Assembly: GCA_037128235.1 (NCBI GenBank) | Contig: JBAXWU010000001.1 | Location: 1 to 56,805 of the forward strand | Source of the DNA: Chitinophagia bacterium | Lineage (GTDB): Bacteria > Bacteroidota > Bacteroidia > Chitinophagales > Chitinophagaceae | Length of the DNA: 56,805 nucleotides | Direction of reading: 5' to 3' | Translations under genes and position numbers: made by a program | Notes under the pieces: model-generated | What the model saw: the letters and a program-made list of their open reading frames with translations, nothing else | The model's database searches: none | What the model was told of the DNA's origin: nothing | Shown: one piece after another, positions 1 to 7,946 of the stretch | Position numbering within the stretch: the first letter of the stretch is position 1 | Layout of the letters: each line of letters begins with the position of its first letter

Positions 1-861
1 AATTTAAGAGTCAAAGATGCTATTGTGGATAGAATGCGTGAAGTCACACAACAACGTCCTTCCACTGGCTCCGATTTAGCAGGGGCAGTGGTATATTTAT
101 TTTGGAAAAATGATGAAGCGGAAGTTTTCTTAGATACTTCAGGTGAAACTTTAGCGAAACATGGTTATAGAAAATTACCAGGTACAGCTCCTATGTTAGA
201 AGCCTTAGCAGCTGCCACCATACTTTCTACTAAGTGGGATAGAAAAGGAGCCTTTGTAAATCCAATGTGTGGTTCTGGTACCTTGGCTATTGAAGCAGCC
301 CTTATTGCTACTAATAGAGTTCCAGGTTTATTGAGAACACAGTATGCCTTTATGCATATTCTTGGTTATAAAAGAGAAATGTACGAAGTAGAAAATGCAA
401 AATTGAAAGAACAAATTATTAAAATTCCCGGACTGCAAATTATAGCTTCTGATATTAGTAAGCGCGCCACTGAAACGGCAAAGACCAATGCTACTGTGGC
501 AGGAGTTGACCACTTAATATATTTTCAAGACTGCGATTTTGAGCAAACAAATGTTCCTTCCAATACTAACGGCGCTGTAGTTATGTTTAATCCTGAATAT
601 GGAGAGCGTTTAGGAGAGGAGTTAGAATTAGAAGCCACTTATGCAAGAATGGGAGACTTTCTAAAAAATAATTGTAAAGGGTATACGGGTTATATATTTA
701 CGGGTAATTTAGAATTAGCTAAAAAAGTAAGATTAAAACCTAGCAGACGCATAGAATTTTACAATGCCACCATTGATTGCAGGTTGTTAGAATATGAATT
801 ATATGCGGGTACTAAAAGAGTGGAGAAACTGCAAGAACCACCTATTGTAAGTGAATCCTAG
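1..861 (+). CDS. THUMP-domain class I SAM-dependent RNA methyltransferase (RlmL/UPF0020-like), 5'-partial
   Basis: Frame is open from base 1 (NLRVKDAIVDR...). Motifs LDTSGETLAKHGYR, NPMCGSGT (SAM binding) and NPEYGERL. Confidence 0.85.
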   Translation, partial: NLRVKDAIVDRMREVTQQRPSTGSDLAGAVVYLFWKNDEAEVFLDTSGETLAKHGYRKLPGTAPMLEALAAATILSTKWDRKGAFVNPMCGSGTLAIEAALIATNRVPGLLRTQYAFMHILGYKREMYEVENAKLKEQIIKIPGLQIIASDISKRATETAKTNATVAGVDHLIYFQDCDFEQTNVPSNTNGAVVMFNPEYGERLGEELELEATYARMGDFLKNNCKGYTGYIFTGNLELAKKVRLKPSRRIEFYNATIDCRLLEYELYAGTKRVEKLQEPPIVSES

Positions 862-2873
862 TTTTTAATAGGTAGCTTTTGATTATGTATTAACATATAT
901 TTCGATGTCTCATAGATGGTCTTTGTTAAAATATCCATTTGTTTTTGTGCGCTATCATTTTTAACAACTTTATTATCTAAGACACTCTCGAATATGGTTT
1001 TATTTGGGTTTTTTAATTGATACCCATAATAGTATTCATTGTTAAGTACCCCAATTTGCTGGTTAAAGTCGTCGTATAAAAATATCGTATTCTTATTTTG
1101 TTGCACTGTGGTAAATATATTTTTACCCATAGTGGTATTGGTATAAGGGATATTGCATATAGAGGCTATGCTTGGCATAACATCCACCTGAGACACAGGG
1201 ATTGAATATTCCTTAGGCTGCAAAATAGAAGGTGCATAAAACAAGAAGGGAATATGCATATTGGTTAAGCCTTGTTCTGTAAAAGATTTAGGTAACATTT
1301 TTCCTGCATCTCCTTTAATGCCGTGGTCTCCAATAAATACAAACAAAGTTTCATTAAAATATTTTTCTTTCTTAGCTGCCTCTATAAATTGTTCAATGCA
1401 GTAGTCGGTATATCTAAAGGCATTGTACTCGTCATTGTTTTCAAAACCATATTTCAATAAAGAATCCTTGGGTACTGTTTTTTTAACAAATACTTTTAAA
1501 TCTTCCGAAGGAATGGTATAAGGGCGGTGGTTGTCGGCAGTTTGAATAATGGCAAAAAATGGTTTGCTATTCTTACTTAAAGTTTTATTAGCCTCCATAA
1601 ATAAGTCCTTGTCACTAATACCCCAAACATTAATCTCACTTGACTGAAAACTACCTTGTTCAAAAATTTTTAAATCTGTAATATTATTATTTAAAACTCC
1701 TTTAATATTTGCCCATCTTGTACTGCCTCCTAAAAAATAATACTTTTCATAATTCTTAAATTCAGACATGATAGTATGCTGATCCACTGCTAATGGGTTG
1801 CGGCTTGATGTTTTTCCTTCTAATATATCAGGCGTACCTGTTAATACGGCCCAAACTCCTCTAGCAGTGCCATAGGCAGGAGAAAAGGCCCTATTAAAAT
1901 AGATACCCTGTTTTTTCATACTATTGAAATAGGGTGTGGTATTTAAAGGGTTACCCATCATAGAGCTTTTGTAAGCTGAAAACGATTCACATATAACTAG
2001 TACTACATTTTTAATTTTAGAAGCTTCCACATTATTATCTACAGGACTTTCTACTCTTGTAAATTGAAGATTTTGCGCATCTTGTTCATTGGTAGGTATA
2101 GCCAAGTAAGCAGCTATAACATTGTAATTTTTTTTAATTAAATCGGTATCTATCTTAGAAGACCTGAAATTTAAACTACTAAAAAAAGACTGCATGGGGT
2201 TTAAGGCCAGATTGGCTTTATAATCGCTGCCTAAACTATAGGCGTCACTCCATCTAAGTGGATATTGACCACCTTCATAAATTATATTTCCAATGGCACT
2301 ATATACTAACACTAAAAAAAACAATACTTGAATACTCCATTTTTTCCAACCACTTAAAGTACTTGTATATTTATTACTAAAAAAGTAAGTAAAAGAAATA
2401 AACTTATAAAAAATAAATTCAATCAAAATAAAAGCTAAAAATATAATTATAACATGATAAGACTGCCACATCATTTCTAAAGATATAAGCGGGTTGTCGA
2501 TATAGCTTAAAATGCTTGCATTGAGTCGTTGATGAACGTAGGCATAATGAATAAAATCGGCTGTATAAAAAAATAGTAAAAGGGTTACCAATAGTACCCA
2601 AATGGAAATAGCTATTTTTTTTCCATATCTAGTATTAAAAGGATCAATTGGCTTTATAAAGGAAAATAATAAAATAACCCCCATGACAATAGAGACATAT
2701 CTTAGATCAAATCTAGCACCTAATATAAAAGCTGCTGTTAAGTCATTTTGAGAAGAGATGGGAGACCTAAAAAAATAAACAAAAACAAATCTCATGATAG
2801 TCATTAAAATTAAAAAAACTATCCCTAATAATAATGTCCATCTAATGGTTTTAGGTAAAAATGTTTTTTTCAT
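858..2873 (-). CDS. LTA synthase family / sulfatase-like membrane protein
   Basis: Five N-terminal TM segments, then an alkaline-phosphatase-superfamily domain (NVVLVICESF, catalytic Thr in YGTARG, NHRPY, GDHG). Confidence 0.85.
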   Translation of the reverse strand: MKKTFLPKTIRWTLLLGIVFLILMTIMRFVFVYFFRSPISSQNDLTAAFILGARFDLRYVSIVMGVILLFSFIKPIDPFNTRYGKKIAISIWVLLVTLLLFFYTADFIHYAYVHQRLNASILSYIDNPLISLEMMWQSYHVIIIFLAFILIEFIFYKFISFTYFFSNKYTSTLSGWKKWSIQVLFFLVLVYSAIGNIIYEGGQYPLRWSDAYSLGSDYKANLALNPMQSFFSSLNFRSSKIDTDLIKKNYNVIAAYLAIPTNEQDAQNLQFTRVESPVDNNVEASKIKNVVLVICESFSAYKSSMMGNPLNTTPYFNSMKKQGIYFNRAFSPAYGTARGVWAVLTGTPDILEGKTSSRNPLAVDQHTIMSEFKNYEKYYFLGGSTRWANIKGVLNNNITDLKIFEQGSFQSSEINVWGISDKDLFMEANKTLSKNSKPFFAIIQTADNHRPYTIPSEDLKVFVKKTVPKDSLLKYGFENNDEYNAFRYTDYCIEQFIEAAKKEKYFNETLFVFIGDHGIKGDAGKMLPKSFTEQGLTNMHIPFLFYAPSILQPKEYSIPVSQVDVMPSIASICNIPYTNTTMGKNIFTTVQQNKNTIFLYDDFNQQIGVLNNEYYYGYQLKNPNKTIFESVLDNKVVKNDSAQKQMDILTKTIYETSKYMLIHNQKLPIKN

Positions 2874-2881
2874 TTAATGAT

Positions 2882-4051
2882 TTAGTCGTAAAGTAAATAG
2901 GGCTGCATTGTTTTTTCCCATTGTGTGACCTTTAAAGCCGATACCACTTTATTTAACCAGTCTTTTAAAGGGAGGTCGAATAATTTTTCAGCATCAGGAA
3001 TTCCTAAGAGTAAAGATAAATGATTAGCGCCACTAGGGTTTACATTCGTTGGGTAGGGTTGCCATTTAAAATCTTGTGGGTGAATGTCCTTTATAAGCTT
3101 AAGTAATATAAGCCCTGTCAACACCGGATTAAATGCGCTAGGGGCAATGACTTTAATGCGAATGCCTTTCATGTCTTCAATTTCATTATCAATTAACATA
3201 GTTAATCGAAGGGTTTCAATTTTAATATCGTCTTTTAAAATATTCTGCCAAACCATTACAATGGCAGGCATATTAAACCAAGTAGTACCAATCCATTCAA
3301 AACTATAATCACTACCTCTTCCCACCGAAACATTGGTGGCTTCAAATAAACAAAGTCCTGGATAGAGTAAACAAGCTTCAAAATTTTGTAGAGCTGGCGA
3401 AGGGTTTACCCATTTATAATTCCAATCAAAAAATAAATGCTCTCTTTTTAAATTTTTACAAGGAATTATTTTTAAATCGGCCTTCCAATTTTGACTTTCA
3501 TTAAAATACTTAGCTAGTTCACCAAAACTAGATTGATGTTTTATAGGAATAGAGAACCTTCCAATAAAACTGCTCAGCGAACTATCTAGCATGGGGCCTT
3601 CTACCAAATTAAACATTCCTCCTAAGGGGTTAGGCCTATCTAAAATATAAATGGGTAAATTAAATTTTGCAGCTGCTTCAATAAAATAACTCATTGTCCA
3701 CAGATAGGTATAGAACCTAGTGCCCGCATCGGGTATATCAAATAATAGTAAATCAATCCCTTTTAGATCCTCTTTAGTGGGCGCTAATTTTTCATTGTAT
3801 AAACTAATGACAGGTAATTTAGTAATGGGGTCTACCTCATTTTTAATTTTATGTCCATCTGCACCTTTTGTACTAATGCCATGTTCTGGTGAAAATAATT
3901 GAACGATATTAAATCCGGCGTCTATCAAAGCCTTTCTGCTGGATATGCCTTTAATAGTAGTGGCAGCATCATTGGTCAAAAAAGCAATCTTTTTAGTTTT
4001 CCATTTTGGATCTAATGCCAGTAAGTTATCTATGCCAAGTTGAATGCTCAT
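2882..4051 (-). CDS. namZ: DUF1343 family exo-beta-N-acetylmuramidase (NamZ-like)
   Basis: FSPEHG, FDIPDAGTRFYTY, LDRPNPLGG, YPGLCLFEATNVSVGRG. Confidence 0.8.
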   Translation of the reverse strand: MSIQLGIDNLLALDPKWKTKKIAFLTNDAATTIKGISSRKALIDAGFNIVQLFSPEHGISTKGADGHKIKNEVDPITKLPVISLYNEKLAPTKEDLKGIDLLLFDIPDAGTRFYTYLWTMSYFIEAAAKFNLPIYILDRPNPLGGMFNLVEGPMLDSSLSSFIGRFSIPIKHQSSFGELAKYFNESQNWKADLKIIPCKNLKREHLFFDWNYKWVNPSPALQNFEACLLYPGLCLFEATNVSVGRGSDYSFEWIGTTWFNMPAIVMVWQNILKDDIKIETLRLTMLIDNEIEDMKGIRIKVIAPSAFNPVLTGLILLKLIKDIHPQDFKWQPYPTNVNPSGANHLSLLLGIPDAEKLFDLPLKDWLNKVVSALKVTQWEKTMQPYLLYD

Positions 4052-4054
4052 TAT

Positions 4055-4582
4055 TTATTTTTCCAATTTCTTAAAATGTAAATTTAACTTCAAATTTTCG
4101 ATCACATTAAATATAATCGGGCAGCGGTCATAGTGCATGAAAGTCGTAAACATTCTTTTTTTTAATGCAGGGATATGAAAGGCTGGAAATTCTTTGCAAC
4201 CAGCAAAACGGTGTTCATATACTGAACAACTATTGCCGACTAGAAAATGACAGGGTATTGAGTTTATGACCATTCTTCCCGATTCCCCTTTAGCAATATA
4301 GGCTTCATCAAATTCCTCCCTTGTTTTTCCTAAATAGTTAGCCAAATTAGAGGCTTCCGCTTGGTCAATGTTGACCATTAAGCTTTTACAGCAATTACCA
4401 CAGCTGGTACAGTCAATTTGAGGACTAATTAGTTCTGACAAAGAAAATGCTTCATTGTCAAGGGCTTCACTGTCTATTTCAGTTAGAAATGTCTGGAATT
4501 GATCGTTTTCCGCGCTTAATTCGCCTGCCCTTTGCTTGATATAATCAAGGTCGGTAATGGGGTATTTTGGGTCTGTTTTGAT
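4055..4582 (-). CDS. YkgJ family cysteine-cluster protein; start uncertain (track gives TTG at 4441, but the frame is open to 4585)
   Basis: DCTSCGNCCK...PCHFL...CSVYEHRFAGCKEFP. Manual translation extends 47 codons upstream without a stop to an ATC at 4582-4580. Confidence 0.75.
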   Translation of the reverse strand: MKTDPKYPITDLDYIKQRAGELSAENDQFQTFLTEIDSEALDNEAFSLSELISPQIDCTSCGNCCKSLMVNIDQAEASNLANYLGKTREEFDEAYIAKGESGRMVINSIPCHFLVGNSCSVYEHRFAGCKEFPAFHIPALKKRMFTTFMHYDRCPIIFNVIENLKLNLHFKKLEK

Positions 4583-4607
4583 GCTTTAAAGATAAGAGAA
4601 TAATCGT

Positions 4608-4616
4608 TTATCCACA
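4608..4616 (+). promoter_or_regulatory. DnaA box (TTATCCACA)
   Basis: Exact match to the R-type DnaA box consensus, in the divergent spacer between the YkgJ gene and parE. Confidence 0.5.
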
Positions 4617-4666
4617 TAATTTGGGTAATTGGTGAAAAGTAAAATTGGGGTAACCACCACGCTCAT

Positions 4667-4674
4667 TAGATTTG
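4667..4674 (+). promoter_or_regulatory. Bacteroidota sigma70 -7 element upstream of parE
   Basis: TAGATTTG matches TAnnTTTG, 44 nt before the ATG at 4719. Confidence 0.6.
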
Positions 4675-4718
4675 CAGACAGACAAGGGCCTTTTTTTGCC
4701 CCTAAAGCATTGATAATT

Positions 4719-6614
4719 ATGGCAGAAACTAAGATTCCATCAGAGTATAACGAAGATTCGATTCGGTCTTTAGATTGGAAGGAACATATACGATTAAGAC
4801 CAGGTATGTATATTGGTAAATTAGGAGATGGTTCAGCTCCTGATGATGGTATTTATGTACTCATGAAAGAAGTCATTGATAATTGTATCGATGAACACAC
4901 CATGGGGTATGGTAAACAAATTGAAATAGGCATAGTAGGTAAAGAAGTCACCATTCGAGATTATGGACGCGGTATTCCTCTTGGAAAAATTGTAGATGTT
5001 GTAAGTAAAATAAATACGGGTGCTAAGTACGATAGCAAGGCCTTCCAAAAATCGGTGGGCTTAAATGGAGTAGGTACCAAAGCGGTGAATGCCTTAAGTG
5101 AAGACTTTTTAGTAACTGCTTTTAGAGAAGGTAAGCAAAGAACAGCCAGTTTTAAAAAAGGTGTTTTGGTTAGCGAAACCAAAGAAATAAAAACGACGGA
5201 AGCCAATGGAACCTTGGTGGTATTTACGCCCGACTCTTCCATGTTTAAAAATTTCCATTACATACATGAGTATATCGATGGACAATTATGGAACTACTGT
5301 TATTTAAATGCGGGATTAAGTATTCTATTTAATGAAAAAAAGTATGTTAGTAAAAATGGTTTATTAGACTTACTTGAAAGAAAAACCAATCCGGACGAAC
5401 TTAGATACCCTATCATACATTTAAAGGGAGAAGACATTGAAGTAGCCTTATCTCATAATAACGATTATGGAGAAGATATTTTTTCATTTGTCAATGGACA
5501 ATACACTACTCAAGGAGGAACGCATCAACAAGCTTTTAGGGAAGCCTATATTAAAGTGATTCGTGATTTCTATAAAAAAGATTACGACGCTTCTGATATT
5601 AGAACCAGTATTGTAGCTGCTATTTCGGTAAGAGTGCAAGAGCCTGTATTTGAAAGTCAAACGAAAACAAAATTAGGTTCGCAGAATGTAGCAGAGGGCG
5701 GCCCAAGTATGAAGAATTTTATAACTGAATTTTTAGCTAAAGAATTAGATAATTTTTTACATAGAAATACAGCCACAGCGGAAGCGCTTAAAAAAAGAAT
5801 TGAACAAAACGAACACGAAAGAAAAGAATTAGCGGGCATTAAAAAATTAGCGAATGAAAGAGCGAAGAAGGCCAATTTGCATAATAAAAAATTAAGAGAT
5901 TGTCGTGTACATTTAAACGATGATTTACCTACGAAGAATAAAGAAATGTTCATTTCCTTACAACAAGGAAGTACCCTATTTATTACCGAGGGAGATTCTG
6001 CTAGTGGAAGTATCACAAAGTCTAGAAATGTAGATACGCAAGCGGTATTTAGTTTAAGAGGTAAGCCCTTAAACGCTTTTGGTTTGACAAAAAAAGTGGT
6101 TTACGAAAATGAAGAGTTTAATTTATTGCAACATGCTTTGAATATTGAAGAGGGTTTAGAAGGCTTAAGGTATAATCAAATAGTCATTGCTACCGATGCC
6201 GATGTAGACGGAATGCATATTCGTTTATTAATTCTCACTTTCTTTTTGAATTTTTTTCCAGACCTAGTTAAAAAAGGTCATGTATTTGTTTTAGAAACAC
6301 CCTTATTTAGAGTGCGAAATAAGCAAAAGACTATTTATTGTTACGATGAAACGGAGAAGCAGGCAGCCATGAAAGAATTAGGTACTAAACCAGAGATTAC
6401 AAGGTTTAAAGGTCTAGGAGAGATTAGCCCAGAAGAATTTGGCAAGTTTATTAATGCTGATATTAAATTGGATCCTGTTATTTTAGAACAAGGAGATCAT
6501 ATCCAACATTTATTAGAATATTATATGGGTAAGAACACCCCAGAGAGACAGGATTTTATTATCAATAACTTAAAAGTAGAATTGGATAAAGCGCATGATA
6601 CACTTAGTATTTAA
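4719..6614 (+). CDS. parE: DNA topoisomerase IV subunit B
   Basis: [15 protein letters not shown] motifs (EVIDN, DYGRGIP, GLNGVG), TOPRIM motifs [14 protein letters not shown] and [10 protein letters not shown]. Start moved to the ATG at 4719 (MAETK), downstream of the promoter motif. Confidence 0.93.
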   Translation: MAETKIPSEYNEDSIRSLDWKEHIRLRPGMYIGKLGDGSAPDDGIYVLMKEVIDNCIDEHTMGYGKQIEIGIVGKEVTIRDYGRGIPLGKIVDVVSKINTGAKYDSKAFQKSVGLNGVGTKAVNALSEDFLVTAFREGKQRTASFKKGVLVSETKEIKTTEANGTLVVFTPDSSMFKNFHYIHEYIDGQLWNYCYLNAGLSILFNEKKYVSKNGLLDLLERKTNPDELRYPIIHLKGEDIEVALSHNNDYGEDIFSFVNGQYTTQGGTHQQAFREAYIKVIRDFYKKDYDASDIRTSIVAAISVRVQEPVFESQTKTKLGSQNVAEGGPSMKNFITEFLAKELDNFLHRNTATAEALKKRIEQNEHERKELAGIKKLANERAKKANLHNKKLRDCRVHLNDDLPTKNKEMFISLQQGSTLFITEGDSASGSITKSRNVDTQAVFSLRGKPLNAFGLTKKVVYENEEFNLLQHALNIEEGLEGLRYNQIVIATDADVDGMHIRLLILTFFLNFFPDLVKKGHVFVLETPLFRVRNKQKTIYCYDETEKQAAMKELGTKPEITRFKGLGEISPEEFGKFINADIKLDPVILEQGDHIQHLLEYYMGKNTPERQDFIINNLKVELDKAHDTLSI

Positions 6615-7425
6615 TACAGCAGATATTGCTTCTATTGAAGCAGCCATAGCCCTAGATGAGTCAATGTCAGGTAAAGTCATTGAAATAAAAGACGACTATG
6701 CCGTGGGCCCATTGTTAGATATATTTGAAACTGAAGGTTATCAGGCTAGACGTGATTGGTGGAAAAATATATTGGAACATTCACCTTACGAAGAACAATT
6801 AGCTATTGTAGATGATAAGTTAACCGTTCATGAACTTATTCAAAATTTAGAAGAAAACCCTGAGCAGGAAGCATGGTTTTGGATGGGACAAAATGCACAT
6901 GATGTTTGTGGTTATTATTGGTTAATGAGTCAGTTAAAACCTTACCAAGGTCGTTTACAAGTACTGTATTTAAATAACCTTCCTTTTTTAAATGATAAAG
7001 GACAATTATTTTACCCCACCCATTTAAGTGAAATACAAGCTAAAGAATTTTTGAAAGCTAAAAAATTAGCCCGTCCTATAACTTTAAGTGAATTTGAGAT
7101 TGATCCAGATGAGTGGAAAAAGTTATGTCAAGAAAATGAGGGGGTTCGATTTTTAGAAGGAGGTAAGAAATTACTAAGTATGCCCATTAGTTTTTATGAT
7201 AAAGATATTTTTTCTTTACTTACTAAAAATGCACAAAAACTACCAAGTGCACTAGCGCATATAATAAGTAAAATGAAGGTTAAAACTGGAGATGCTTTTA
7301 TTGTATCAAGATTAAAAGCCATGCAAGAAATAGGCAAGGTGGTTCTAGCAGGTAATTGGCAGAAAGGCTGGAAGGATATGGTGGTACAAATGCCAGGAGG
7401 TTCAACATTGGTTGCAGAAGAGTAA
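6595..7425 (+). CDS. DUF1835/DUF3658-like protein
   Basis: MIHLVF...DDYAVGPL...R..WW...[15 protein letters not shown] pattern. Overlaps the 3' end of parE by 20 nt. Confidence 0.7.
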   Translation: MIHLVFNTADIASIEAAIALDESMSGKVIEIKDDYAVGPLLDIFETEGYQARRDWWKNILEHSPYEEQLAIVDDKLTVHELIQNLEENPEQEAWFWMGQNAHDVCGYYWLMSQLKPYQGRLQVLYLNNLPFLNDKGQLFYPTHLSEIQAKEFLKAKKLARPITLSEFEIDPDEWKKLCQENEGVRFLEGGKKLLSMPISFYDKDIFSLLTKNAQKLPSALAHIISKMKVKTGDAFIVSRLKAMQEIGKVVLAGNWQKGWKDMVVQMPGGSTLVAEE

Positions 7426-7459
7426 ATTAATCAGAGTGATCAGAGAAGAGTGAATAAAG

Positions 7460-7548
7460 AAGATTAACAAGATTAAGAAGATAAACAAGATTAAGAAGAT
7501 AAACAAGATAAGAGGATAAACAAGATAAAGAGGATAAAAAAGATAAAG
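7460..7548. repeat. Tandem array of about 10 copies of a 9-bp unit (A[A/G]GAT[A/T]AA[C/G])
   Basis: AAGATTAAC AAGATTAAG AAGATAAAC AAGATTAAG AAGATAAAC AAGATAAG AGGATAAAC AAGATAAAG AGGATAAAA AAGATAAAG read directly. Confidence 0.9.
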
Positions 7549-7565
7549 TTCTTTAAAATAATAAA

Positions 7566-7934
7566 ATGAGTGTATCAGTTTCTAATATAGATGTAAAAGC
7601 AATAGATGAGCGTGGCGCACTACATTATTTTAGTACCGATAGAACAGGAGAGTTTTTATTGGTGTATAGAAAGGCGGGTACGATTAGTGGGCAACATTAT
7701 CATAAGGGAAAGTCGGCTGGGAAAAACCCTGAAGAAATGTTACTAGTGCAAGGTAGCTTAACTATGCACTGGAAGAATTTAGAGACGAATGAATCAGATA
7801 CTATCACCATAGAAGCGCCTTCTAGGGTGATCATTGAAGCCAATGTTTGGCATGAAGTAAAGGCGCTAACAGATATTATTTTTATTGAATTAAATAGTTT
7901 AGCAGAAGGTAGTGAAGATACTTACCGACTCTAA
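7566..7934 (+). CDS. Small cupin-fold protein
   Basis: DERG, GQHYHKG...EEMLLVQG...NVWHEV: His-x-His, Glu, His cupin metal ligands. Confidence 0.7.
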   Translation: MSVSVSNIDVKAIDERGALHYFSTDRTGEFLLVYRKAGTISGQHYHKGKSAGKNPEEMLLVQGSLTMHWKNLETNESDTITIEAPSRVIIEANVWHEVKALTDIIFIELNSLAEGSEDTYRL

Positions 7935-7946
7935 TGAAGATTAAAT

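Noticed and set aside
4684-4703. Hairpin with T-run in the parE leader as an attenuator
   Set aside because: Only a 4-bp GGGC/GCCC stem, and the T-run is in the loop rather than after the stem.
4629-4718. N-terminal extensions in the ORF track (parE, ytxJ, exonuclease, S9 peptidase, E2, ychF, pruA, ndk)
   Set aside because: Conserved sequence begins at downstream ATGs, and most extensions overlap or abut the promoter motifs.
4590-4720. Replication origin at the DnaA box
   Set aside because: Only one clear box, in a spacer of about 135 bp, with no box cluster or evident unwinding element.
7460-7548. Repeat arrays (also 46513-46603) as CRISPR arrays or iterons
   Set aside because: Units are 9-16 bp and contiguous, with no unique spacers. 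No cas or rep genes are in the window.
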